A stretch of 28,063 nt of DNA from a virus (Duplodnaviria; Caudoviricetes), in the IMG/VR virus record IMGVR_UViG_3300024289_000512, positions 1 to 28,063 of that record, one strand, 5' to 3'. The position numbers and the translations under genes were made by a program. Of this stretch, positions 1 to 8,470 are shown piece by piece. The notes beneath the pieces are model-generated. The model was not told the origin of the DNA. It saw only the letters and a list, made by a program, of their open reading frames with translations, and ran no database searches. The first letter of the stretch is position 1. Each line of letters opens with the position of its first letter.

Positions 1-441
1 ATTACCATTTGCTAACAGCTCTGCCATTTTGTCATATGCCATTTTAGCAAACATTTCGCAACCTACAGCAGGTACAATGCGTAAATCGCAAACACCTTGT
101 CTGCGATATGGTTCTACTTGCACACGCTCCGCATTGCCATCGTGTTCTGGATTTGAACTCCAGCCACTCATTTCTTTAAAACGATCCAGCATAGGGTCAT
201 CTTCTGCAATTACCAAAGTATGGTCAAACATATAGTCTGCCCACTCTTTGAATACCTTTAGTCCACCAAAGTCCATACACCAATTTTTGTCATCTAGTGT
301 ATCACATTCAAATATGAGTTTGATACCAATTGAATATCCGTGTAGTGTTGAGCAGTGACTATGTGTGGCACGCCATTGTCTAAAACAGCATGATAAGCCG
401 CGATCGTTTCCGTAAGTTTTTGTTGAATAGAATTTTGCCAT
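1..441 (-). CDS. queD: 6-carboxytetrahydropterin synthase (QueD/PTPS family), 3' end runs off the window
   Basis: Not in the ORF track. Manual translation from ATG at 441 gives MAKFYSTKTYGNDRGLSCCFRQWRATHSHCSTLHGYS...WCMDFGGLK...FDHTLVIAEDDP...VGCEMFA, containing the QueD motifs C-x-x-LHGY, DFGxLK, FDH and GCE. SD AAGGAG at 453-448. Confidence 0.9.
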   Translation of the reverse strand, partial: MAKFYSTKTYGNDRGLSCCFRQWRATHSHCSTLHGYSIGIKLIFECDTLDDKNWCMDFGGLKVFKEWADYMFDHTLVIAEDDPMLDRFKEMSGWSSNPEHDGNAERVQVEPYRRQGVCDLRIVPAVGCEMFAKMAYDKMAELLANGN

Positions 442-510
442 TGTTATCTCCTTTAGATTAGCAATGGCGGCAGAATTTATATTGCGGGATGACGCCTAAG
501 GCCGCATAAT
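442..510 (-). promoter_or_regulatory. Structured 5' leader of queD, candidate cis-regulatory RNA
   Basis: GC-rich leader AUUAUGCGGCCUUAGGCGUCAUCCCGCAAUAUAAAUUCUGCCGCCAUUGCUAAUCUAAAGGAGAUAACA. Stem UGCGG/CCGCA; loop GGCG is complementary to downstream CGCC. Confidence 0.5.
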
Positions 511-513
511 GTA

Positions 514-541
514 ATTATACAGTTTTGTATTATAGAGTCAA
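514..541 (-). promoter_or_regulatory. sigma70-type promoter for queD
   Basis: TTGACT (541-536), 16 bp, TATAAT (519-514). Confidence 0.75.
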
Positions 542-543
542 CA

Positions 544-1998
544 TTATTGGCGACTAATTGTGCCAAATGGTAACCATTGTCCTGGAGCGCCGCCGTCAAT
601 ACAAACCCAACCAATATAGTTGTCTACAGTTGGATTGGAATTCCAGCAGATATCTCCTTTGCTGAATGAACCGCTATTTGGCGCACTCGTACCAGTTACA
701 AATTTTTTGTTTGCAAATTGAATATTTCCACTAACAGCAAAATCAACACCCTCTGGTGGCGTATTGATTCCTACAGTCATTTGACCGAATACTTTAACTG
801 GTTTTCTATTGTCTTGTTTATCGCCAATAGCAATTTCGTTTCGATCTGCGTAAAATGTTTCTTGTCCTAATACTTCGAGTACAATTTTTTGATTTGATGC
901 TAAACGACTGTTTGTGATAGTAAATTCATTTCCGTCATTAAACAAAATGTTTTTAGCATTAATAACAGAACGTGTAGCATTGATTCTTTCAAAGAAAGTT
1001 GCTTCGCCTTCTACATTTAATTCTTCTAAAGTTCCTAATTTAGAAATGTTTGATTGTGTAACAGAGCTTCCTAGTCCTTTTGATGAAAGTAATGAAACAC
1101 CATTAATCATGTAACTTTGATCTTCTGCTAAGTCGATTGATTCAGTACTCCATAATCTATCTGGGCCAGCCATCATGATAAACTGACGCATATTACCAGT
1201 TCCGGTCCAAATAAGTCCTTGACCGTAGATTGCTCTATCTCTGCTGGTTTTAAATTCTAAAGGTTGATATCTGTCAATTCTGTTATCAGCAACAACAGTA
1301 TCAACAGTTAGAGTTCCGTAGATTCTAACATCAGCATTTTTAGTTGATTCGTTTCCAAACACAACTTGCCCGTTACTCTTTATAGCAATTCTTGGTAAGT
1401 TATCAGTTACTAGTTCTAGATCGTGATTAGTATAAGTTCCTATTTGTGCTAGGTTGTCTCTAGGAGAACTGACTATTACTTCTACGTTGTTATCAACAAC
1501 ACTTAAAACGCCGTTAGGGTTGTCTGTGTTTAGACCTAAACGTCCAAAAGAACTATTGAAATGTGCAAAATCTCCAACAGTTGCATCGCCTGTAACTGTA
1601 AGTTTACGCAATGAACCTAATTCTTTTAAGTTACTTCTTGTAATTGAGCCGCCAAGACTTTCTTTGTCAATAACAGGTATATTGTCGATTCGATATGATT
1701 TATTTGCTGCAAGGTCAATATCAGCATCAGTCCATAATCTTGCACCCGAACGATATGCCAGCTGAACTGATCCTGTTGGCCATGTCCAGTGTAAACCCTT
1801 GCTGAATAGTTCTGTTTCTGATTCAACCGTCCAGTTAATATTTTCAAAAACAATATCAATTGGTGGCTGATCTTGGTCCAGCACTTTTAACGAGTTTACA
1901 GTAAGTGTACCTTCAACACTTACATCACCCTGTACTTTTTCTACAGAGAGTGTTTTAATAATGATTTTGTCGTCTTGGATCGTAAAAATTTGGCTCAT
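544..1998 (-). CDS. Putative virion structural / tail-fibre-like protein with an internal duplicated module
   Basis: 484 aa, rich in beta-strand residues (G/N/T/V). Repeated module GLxWT...LW...IDLA...SYxI...LGxSxTxSNLxxLGxLxxLxVxG. C-terminal GTSAP...GDICWN...GWVC...GQW tip typical of phage fibre proteins. Late-type box upstream. Confidence 0.6.
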   Translation of the reverse strand: MSQIFTIQDDKIIIKTLSVEKVQGDVSVEGTLTVNSLKVLDQDQPPIDIVFENINWTVESETELFSKGLHWTWPTGSVQLAYRSGARLWTDADIDLAANKSYRIDNIPVIDKESLGGSITRSNLKELGSLRKLTVTGDATVGDFAHFNSSFGRLGLNTDNPNGVLSVVDNNVEVIVSSPRDNLAQIGTYTNHDLELVTDNLPRIAIKSNGQVVFGNESTKNADVRIYGTLTVDTVVADNRIDRYQPLEFKTSRDRAIYGQGLIWTGTGNMRQFIMMAGPDRLWSTESIDLAEDQSYMINGVSLLSSKGLGSSVTQSNISKLGTLEELNVEGEATFFERINATRSVINAKNILFNDGNEFTITNSRLASNQKIVLEVLGQETFYADRNEIAIGDKQDNRKPVKVFGQMTVGINTPPEGVDFAVSGNIQFANKKFVTGTSAPNSGSFSKGDICWNSNPTVDNYIGWVCIDGGAPGQWLPFGTISRQ

Positions 1999-2017
1999 AA
2001 TAAAGTCTCTTGTCCTG

Positions 2018-2025
2018 TATTTATC
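2018..2025 (-). promoter_or_regulatory. T4-late-like promoter box (GATAAATA)
   Basis: One mismatch to the T4 late consensus TATAAATA; lies between a terminator and a structural-looking gene. Confidence 0.55.
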
Positions 2026-2049
2026 TTAGACTAAGAGTATCCTACAGCC

Positions 2050-2077
2050 AAAAAAAAGCCCAGTTAACCTGGGCTTT
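2050..2077 (-). terminator. Rho-independent terminator
   Basis: AAAGCCCAG-gttaa-CTGGGCTTT hairpin running into a T tract, immediately after the stop at 2082. Confidence 0.85.
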
Positions 2078-2081
2078 AATC

Positions 2082-3275
2082 TTATGCTACTTTGAGTAGC
2101 ACAGTTTCTTCGTTAATGCGTCCGTTCATTTTAGTGTCTGTAGCATTAATTTCGTCTAAGAATTTACGCAACTGTACTTTACCTGCAGCTTTAAATTCTT
2201 TGAGCTTTTCTTCAGGCTTACGAATAGTTTTTTGTATGCTAGTATGCTCGTTGAATCCTGTAATTGTAGTGCCTTTAACACCGAGTTCCATGTATTCGTT
2301 GGCAACATATTTGCCAAGTTTACGTGTTTTAGTGTTAAACACCCACAATTCTTTGCTACCAATAATGTCTGCTGGATTGATAGATACCAGCTTCAAAGGC
2401 TCGTCAGTCTTCTTGAACTTGAGTTTAGCAACAATTTTATCTTTAGGAACAACTTTAGCCTTACGTGGCTTACGATTAACTTTGGCTTCTTGCCCAAGCA
2501 TATCACACGCACTCATAATTTCTTGATAGAATGCAATCAAATTTTTAATTTGTTTGCGACTGCGATGGCTGTAACCTTCGCGCAACTGTTCGTCGGCGTT
2601 ACCACTAGCAAGTTCTTCAAGTTCTGCCAAGTCACGGCTGTAAAAACTTTTAATAATACGTGCATGGGCAGCTTTGGCTTCTTTACCTTTGAGTAAGTTC
2701 AAAACTTTAAATGCTTTAGGATCAAAATTTTCTGGATCTGTTTGAAAACTTTCAATAGCGTCTTCAATTTCTTCAGTCATTTTGTAAGCAGATTCACGTA
2801 CACGATCTTGGATCGATGGGGTAAACACCGCAGGTTTTTCAACTTTGGTTTCTGCTTCTTCGTCAATGTCGTCTTTACCTTCACGAATCACTTCGTTAAT
2901 GCGTTCGCGCAACCAAGCGGCTGTATCGCGCCCATTGTTAAAATCTGCACGAACAGCAGGCATACCGCGAAGCAGACAACTTGCGATTGCACCCATAGTT
3001 CCGCCACAACGATTATCTTTGGTTTTCTTAAATGATTGGATGTCGTCTTTGGTGCAACCAATACTAGTCATCCATTTGATAACAGCAGGCTTCAAATCTT
3101 TACTGCTAAATTCCAAACGGTAGTAGTCCATAGCATTACGGAATTTTTTATTAAACTCGTCAGCAGATAGACTCTCAGCATCGTCCCAAGTTGGACTATG
3201 ATCTTTGGGTGCTTTGGTACGATGTGCAATCACTTGCTTTTTGGTTACACGAGTTTTGGTTGCAGCTTTAGCCAA
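2082..3275 (-). CDS. Phage hypothetical protein, basic C-terminal domain
   Basis: Long ORF. Start reassigned to TTG at 3275 because SD AGGAG lies 6 nt upstream and a promoter sits at 3335-3307. Confidence 0.75.
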   Translation of the reverse strand: MAKAATKTRVTKKQVIAHRTKAPKDHSPTWDDAESLSADEFNKKFRNAMDYYRLEFSSKDLKPAVIKWMTSIGCTKDDIQSFKKTKDNRCGGTMGAIASCLLRGMPAVRADFNNGRDTAAWLRERINEVIREGKDDIDEEAETKVEKPAVFTPSIQDRVRESAYKMTEEIEDAIESFQTDPENFDPKAFKVLNLLKGKEAKAAHARIIKSFYSRDLAELEELASGNADEQLREGYSHRSRKQIKNLIAFYQEIMSACDMLGQEAKVNRKPRKAKVVPKDKIVAKLKFKKTDEPLKLVSINPADIIGSKELWVFNTKTRKLGKYVANEYMELGVKGTTITGFNEHTSIQKTIRKPEEKLKEFKAAGKVQLRKFLDEINATDTKMNGRINEETVLLKVA

Positions 3276-3306
3276 TTTATGCTCCTGGTTAATTAACAAT
3301 ACAAGT

Positions 3307-3335
3307 ATTATAGCACCGAAATGTACTTATGTCAA
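3307..3335 (-). promoter_or_regulatory. sigma70-type early promoter (perfect consensus, extended -10)
   Basis: TTGACA, 17 bp, TATAAT, with TGn directly before the -10. Confidence 0.85.
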
Positions 3336-4703
3336 GCTCTTGCATTCAGCATACAGCTCCGCTAATTCTGGAAATGTGTCCAAAAAATTGGTATTTCTGC
3401 GTTTATCGTGCTCATCAAAAAACAAAGCAAAATCTTTTAGATAATTGGCTTCTCGTTGCTCACCAAACAAGTATTGGATTCGCTCCAATTTAGAAACTTC
3501 CCAACCGTGGAATCCTTTACCATCACAGTAATTTGACTCCATAAATTTTATTTGTTTTGCTATTTGAGCCTTGTATTCTAACGGAAGTATTCTAACACTC
3601 ATCCATTTTGGATTATCCAAATAAGGAATGTCTAAATTGATTGAACGATCCGGGTCGTAGTGTTTTAATTTCATTAACAATACATCTTTTAAAAATTCTG
3701 TGTATGAAGTAACAGAAAGAGCATTGTAAGTTGACATTATACTAAAGTTTGCTTTCGGCACTTCGCTTAAGAATCTATGACAATTGTCTAGCCATGTGTC
3801 GTAGTTCATGCCGTTTCTGATATATTCAGCTTTTGCGCCATACGCTTCGGCACTTGTAAACAACGTAAATCTTTTAACAGCATTTGTTTCTTGAATGATT
3901 TTAATCTTGTCAAGAAATTTATCAAATAGTTTGTCAGGTAAAACACAATTACTGTTAATAGCAAGTTCTAAATTAGGGTTAGGGTTTTCAATAATATAGT
4001 CAAGAACTTTAAAGGTATCTTTACTCATTAAAGGCTCACCACCTGTGATACGGAATGTATGAAGTGTTGGATAAATTTCCGGCCACCATTTCCAAAATGC
4101 TTCAACATATGGATTATGTTCCTTGATAGGAATAGGCATTTTACCTTGATGCTTAGTGTGTTCTAAATTATTGTATTGAAGTGTAGTAGGATACCCACCA
4201 AATTTTTCAATTTCTTCCATCCACTTGCTAGAAATGTGTGGACTACAATAGGCACACTTAAAGTTACAAGCATGACTAAAACTAACTTCAAGATAAGTTG
4301 GCTTTATGTTATGTTCCCAGCCTGCTTCCATCACATCAAAATAACGAGACTTGCCTGCCCATTCGTCTGTGCTTTTATAGATCCTATCACTAAAGATATC
4401 TGAATCGGTTGGCGCAGAGTCTTCAACTTGCCAGCAAAAATGACACTCTTCTGGTCTACTACCAGTCATCATCATTTTACGTTGTTCTTTTTTAAACTTT
4501 GTATTGTGTAAAGCACTAGGATCCTCTAAAATTTCTTCTAAAGGAATTTGATGTGTATTTGGATGATGGCAACTATGTGTATGTCCGTTTTGCAAATGCA
4601 AAGTGACTTGAAGCCACTTTGCAAGACACATACCAGGACCGGTTCGATCTAATATTGTTTTAGCTTTTCGAAGCCAAATGATTCTTTCATCTTTCATGTC
4701 CAA
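3327..4703 (-). CDS. Radical SAM protein with N-terminal twitch/SPASM-like Cys domain
   Basis: CNFKCAYC (CxxxCxxC) and ITGGEPL; N-terminal CLAKW...SCHH...CHFCW. Confidence 0.9.
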   Translation of the reverse strand: MDMKDERIIWLRKAKTILDRTGPGMCLAKWLQVTLHLQNGHTHSCHHPNTHQIPLEEILEDPSALHNTKFKKEQRKMMMTGSRPEECHFCWQVEDSAPTDSDIFSDRIYKSTDEWAGKSRYFDVMEAGWEHNIKPTYLEVSFSHACNFKCAYCSPHISSKWMEEIEKFGGYPTTLQYNNLEHTKHQGKMPIPIKEHNPYVEAFWKWWPEIYPTLHTFRITGGEPLMSKDTFKVLDYIIENPNPNLELAINSNCVLPDKLFDKFLDKIKIIQETNAVKRFTLFTSAEAYGAKAEYIRNGMNYDTWLDNCHRFLSEVPKANFSIMSTYNALSVTSYTEFLKDVLLMKLKHYDPDRSINLDIPYLDNPKWMSVRILPLEYKAQIAKQIKFMESNYCDGKGFHGWEVSKLERIQYLFGEQREANYLKDFALFFDEHDKRRNTNFLDTFPELAELYAECKSLT

Positions 4704-5527
4704 AGACTCTCGCGAATCTTGATAAGACGAATCATCATTTCTTCCTCTTCCTTAGTATATGCTTCTTCAATTTCTCGAAGTTTTTTATGTGCTTCATCGC
4801 TCATCTTTTTAAGTTCAGGGGTCTTATCGGCGCTACCAAAACTTAAACGACCACCGTTGGCCGCACGACTTGCTTCACAGTAAGCACTCCAACCACTGGC
4901 ATCGTACGCATCAGGGCGATTGCGATATGTCACAGTCCACCAAGTATAAAGCTCGATAATTTCTTTGGCGGCCTTGGCTTGATAAGTTGGTTCAGCTAGA
5001 TGTTTTTCACCTTCGTCAAGGAACTCTTCGTTGGTTAATGTAGTAGCCCAGCGTAGATATTCAAGCCCAGCTTCTGGGCAACGCCATGTACGCCAACGCA
5101 ACCAACCTTTACGGTACCATGGAACATTGAACTTAGTCTTAGCTTCATCACTCCAAATGCAGTGATGCCACGCTTGTTCTATTTCAACAAAATCCACAAG
5201 CTCGTTGAACAAACAAGGAAGAAAGCGATTGCCAACGTCGCTCCAATTACCAGGTTTAATGTCTCGAGGATGTGCGGTAAGACGATGGCTGTGACTAACC
5301 CAGCGATTATTAATATAATAGCGTATGTCATTTAGACGATCCGGAATGTAATAAACAAATTTTTGAAGATAGTCGAGTCCTTCTTCGGCAATCCACCAAC
5401 GAATAGGATGTGCGGCTTTTGCACGATCTTCCCAGTCGTTCCATTCTTCACTGGTGCCGCACTTGAGCTTTGGTGTGCCACGCAACCAATCCGCAAACGG
5501 TCCGATTGTCCAATAATGACTACGCAT
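4694..5527 (-). CDS. Trp-rich phage hypothetical protein
   Basis: 277 aa ORF tightly packed in the operon, overlapping the next start. Confidence 0.75.
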   Translation of the reverse strand: MRSHYWTIGPFADWLRGTPKLKCGTSEEWNDWEDRAKAAHPIRWWIAEEGLDYLQKFVYYIPDRLNDIRYYINNRWVSHSHRLTAHPRDIKPGNWSDVGNRFLPCLFNELVDFVEIEQAWHHCIWSDEAKTKFNVPWYRKGWLRWRTWRCPEAGLEYLRWATTLTNEEFLDEGEKHLAEPTYQAKAAKEIIELYTWWTVTYRNRPDAYDASGWSAYCEASRAANGGRLSFGSADKTPELKKMSDEAHKKLREIEEAYTKEEEEMMIRLIKIRESLWT

Positions 5528-5529
5528 TT

Positions 5530-6228
5530 TTAATCCTTTTTATCACCAAACAACTGCAATAGACTTAAGAAAATATTGATAAAATCTAGGTACAGAGTCA
5601 ATGCACCGGTCACTTCTGCGGCAGGGCTCGAATCAGTACTAACAATTTCTCGAATTTGTTGTGTATCATAAGCAGTTAGGCCCATGAAGATCACAATAGC
5701 TAACGCACTAATTACCATTTGCATAACTGTGCTACCAATAAAAATATTGATAAGACTAGCAATAACAATGGCAATCAAGCCAACAAACATAAATTTACCT
5801 AGGCTATCTAGATCCTTTTTGGTAAAGTAACCATAGAAGCTCATAGTACCAAACAATACTGCTGCGCCCATAAATGCACTAACAATACTGTGCATAGTAT
5901 AAACAGCAAAGATAACAGCAAAGCTCAAGCCCATCAAAGCCGCAAAACCTGCTAGAAGTGCAATAGCAATTTCTTTTGGCGGGTTAGCGTTAAGGGCAAT
6001 AGTAACTCCAAAGACTGCTAATAGCGGTGCAAAGATCACCACATAGTGCATAATACCTGTGAAGAAAAATTTCACAAGCTCGGGACTAGTTCCTACAAAG
6101 AAACTGACCATCATGCTGACTAAAGTAGCAAGTCCCATGTAGCCATAAACACGGCCCATAGCTTGATTTACTTCGCCAGCGGTGCGATAGTTAATAATAC
6201 CATCGCTTGCATAGTTATGTCCAAACAT
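5530..6228 (-). CDS. Bax inhibitor-1 / YccA family membrane protein
   Basis: About 7 hydrophobic helices; motifs VYGYM, YGYFTKKDL, AYDTQQIR, GALTLYLDFINIFLSLLQLFG. Confidence 0.93.
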   Translation of the reverse strand: MFGHNYASDGIINYRTAGEVNQAMGRVYGYMGLATLVSMMVSFFVGTSPELVKFFFTGIMHYVVIFAPLLAVFGVTIALNANPPKEIAIALLAGFAALMGLSFAVIFAVYTMHSIVSAFMGAAVLFGTMSFYGYFTKKDLDSLGKFMFVGLIAIVIASLINIFIGSTVMQMVISALAIVIFMGLTAYDTQQIREIVSTDSSPAAEVTGALTLYLDFINIFLSLLQLFGDKKD

Positions 6229-6231
6229 AGT

Positions 6232-6603
6232 TTACTCCTTAGTTAAAAACTTATTTAATTCGGGCGGTGTCCAGCCCACGGGTTTTAAGACTTTACCATC
6301 TTCACGTTTACGAACTTTGCCAGTTTCTTTATCAATCTTAGCAAAGTTAGTTCGCATGACTTCTTTCCACGCACCCTCAGCATCTGCACCCATGCTGTGT
6401 AGTGCGCCAATAGTCACAACTAGTATGTCTGTTAGTGCGTCTACAATTTCTACGCTATCGCATTTGGCAATGGCTTCGTCTAGTTCTTTCTTTTCTTCTT
6501 CAATCAACTTAATGTACAAATTAAATTGATCGACACTCCAATTATCTACAACCTGATCACAAGCCCTCATAAACTTTTCTTGATCACGAAATGGATTAGT
6601 CAT
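6232..6603 (-). CDS. MazG-like / PRA-PH all-alpha NTP pyrophosphohydrolase
   Basis: LIEEEKKEL...EIVDALTDIL...EVMRTNFAK...REDGKVLKP. Start moved to ATG 6603 (SD AAGGA), which removes the overlap with the upstream gene. Confidence 0.85.
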   Translation of the reverse strand: MTNPFRDQEKFMRACDQVVDNWSVDQFNLYIKLIEEEKKELDEAIAKCDSVEIVDALTDILVVTIGALHSMGADAEGAWKEVMRTNFAKIDKETGKVRKREDGKVLKPVGWTPPELNKFLTKE

Positions 6604-6613
6604 ACATTTTTCC

Positions 6614-6859
6614 TTATATTGTATTGTTAATTTCCGGTTCTTTACCTTCTGTACAGGGAATCGGCCTGCCATAAAAATCTAGCATGAGCGTCCCCCAAAT
6701 TCTACCGTTGTCTTCGAACTCTACAAAGATCCTTCCATAGGCACAGAATGTTCTTGTTTCAGTTACGGGCTTTGGCTCTCTGACAACATTTACAGCTAAT
6801 CCAAGCAACAAGGATATGCAAACGGTCCAGACAACCAATGCCCAATGAAAAAATTTCAC
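6614..6859 (-). CDS. Small single-TM hypothetical protein
   Basis: N-terminal hydrophobic segment; GTGA overlap with the upstream stop. Confidence 0.65.
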   Translation of the reverse strand: MKFFHWALVVWTVCISLLLGLAVNVVREPKPVTETRTFCAYGRIFVEFEDNGRIWGTLMLDFYGRPIPCTEGKEPEINNTI

Positions 6860-7104
6860 TTTAGTGCTTCCATAGTCTGCCGCTTGGCTTCTTCCTTAAC
6901 TTCTTCTTTGTGGATTGTTTGTAATCCACGAAACATTTCTTCAACAACATGTATAATAGCGGCCTTACCGTCATCTGTCAAGTGACTGTATTCTGGACTT
7001 ACACTACTTTCGTGCCAAACACGTTGATTTTTTGCTAACTCAAGCATTGCACCATACAACATATCCTTGTGCATACTGCGACGAATATCAAATCTTTTCG
7101 CCAT
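6856..7104 (-). CDS. Hypothetical protein (MAKRFDIRR...)
   Basis: Start reassigned to ATG 7104 (GAGG upstream); the longer version would overlap the ligase by more than 200 bp. Confidence 0.7.
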   Translation of the reverse strand: MAKRFDIRRSMHKDMLYGAMLELAKNQRVWHESSVSPEYSHLTDDGKAAIIHVVEEMFRGLQTIHKEEVKEEAKRQTMEALK

Positions 7105-8410
7105 TGTCAAACCCTCTAAAATGTAAGAAGCGCGGAAACCGTAGAGAATAACTTCCATCCTGGTTTTGTGTGATAGCGTCAGCACGGACTTCCACAATTT
7201 GACCAATAAGGGTTTCACGAGACTCCCAATAATTATCACGATCGGAATCACTAAAACCAGAACCGACGTTAACTCGAATTGACTTTCCATCATCCTCACC
7301 TTCACAAACTAAGGCACCCAATTTACCTACGTTACGACCTGTGCCTTCTTCAACAGCCGTAACAGCTAACGATACTTCAATAAACGGTTTTAGTTTAAGC
7401 CAGCTGGCAGTTCTTTTGCATTCATAAGGCGCATTAGGGTCCTTAATCATGATGCCTTCATAGCCGCCTTCTATTGCCTTTTGATTAATTTTTCTATATT
7501 GTTTGCGGCCTGCACTAGTATCGAGATCAACTTCTTCGTGATCTAAACAAGTAACATTGGGCAAGTCTGCTTGATGTTTTTCTACCCAAGCCTTGACATA
7601 GGCACTACGAGTTGTTTGATCTTTGTCCCACCGACCTTCTTGAAACTTGTCAAAAGGACATAAATCAAATAAATGCAGAACAGCATCGTCTGCAGCAACA
7701 TCACTCTTGCGATGCACTTGTTTCATAAGGTCTTGAAAACTACTAGACATAACTTCGCCGTCTAACACTAGATCGTACTTAGGAGGGTCTTTCTTTACAA
7801 CGGAACTGATTTGTTCTTTAATTTTCTCAAAGTTAACTAGCTCTTTACCATTGCGACTGAATTGATCCACACGGCCATCAGTATGGACGATAGTAATAAC
7901 GCGAACGCCATCGAGTTTGACTTCGATAAGTTTTTTTCCAGTAACTTTGGATTCATGATTAGCACTATCATGAGCAAGCTGGCAACTAAAAACAGGAACT
8001 GCATATTGAGGCCACTTCTTTTCTACAACTTTGTTAATGGTCTTTTCGCTTGTACCACAGCGAAGATCCTTGATAAGAATACGGCGGTACCAACCATTCC
8101 ATTCTGATTTAGTAGATTGCTTTATGGCTTCAGCAACGGCATCACGGGCATCGTTGCCGGTGAGGTGACGATCACGTAAACTGATAGCAAGACTAATAAA
8201 ATTGTTCCAATCAAGCCCAAGGCCGTCTTCATCTTTCTTCTCCGGTATTTGTTTAAGTCCAAAAGTTATCATCGAATCCAGAGCAAGACGACAGCCTTCA
8301 AAAAATTGATTGTTGCCTGCTTCTGCTTGTGCAAGAATAATTGCTTCTTTGTTCAAACGGCTAGGATGATCTTCGAGAGAAGAAATGACAAACTGGCAAG
8401 GATCGCTCAC
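7088..8410 (-). CDS. lig: ATP-dependent DNA ligase
   Basis: Motifs EVKLDGVR (I), LDGE (III), EGIMIKD (IV), WLKLKP (V), SLRFPRF (VI). GTG start at 8410 with SD GGAG. Confidence 0.95.
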   Translation of the reverse strand: MSDPCQFVISSLEDHPSRLNKEAIILAQAEAGNNQFFEGCRLALDSMITFGLKQIPEKKDEDGLGLDWNNFISLAISLRDRHLTGNDARDAVAEAIKQSTKSEWNGWYRRILIKDLRCGTSEKTINKVVEKKWPQYAVPVFSCQLAHDSANHESKVTGKKLIEVKLDGVRVITIVHTDGRVDQFSRNGKELVNFEKIKEQISSVVKKDPPKYDLVLDGEVMSSSFQDLMKQVHRKSDVAADDAVLHLFDLCPFDKFQEGRWDKDQTTRSAYVKAWVEKHQADLPNVTCLDHEEVDLDTSAGRKQYRKINQKAIEGGYEGIMIKDPNAPYECKRTASWLKLKPFIEVSLAVTAVEEGTGRNVGKLGALVCEGEDDGKSIRVNVGSGFSDSDRDNYWESRETLIGQIVEVRADAITQNQDGSYSLRFPRFLHFRGFDNGEKI

Positions 8411-8441
8411 AATGAACTCCAATAGTTAACTTGATGTAACT

Positions 8442-8470
8442 ATTATACAGTCTATATATCAGTATGTCAA
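8442..8470 (-). promoter_or_regulatory. sigma70-type early promoter for the ligase operon
   Basis: TTGACA, 17 bp, TATAAT. Confidence 0.85.

Noticed and set aside
29-235. 68-aa + strand ORF from the track
   Set aside because: Antisense shadow of the minus-strand queD frame; no RBS or motif
442-510. Canonical preQ1-I, SAM-II/V or ZTP riboswitch
   Set aside because: The conserved cores as I recall them are not present; retained only as an unclassified candidate pending an Rfam search
6856-7305. Long 149-aa version overlapping the ligase
   Set aside because: The N-terminal extension is just an open alternative frame of the ligase 3' end; ATG 7104 has an SD-like GAGG
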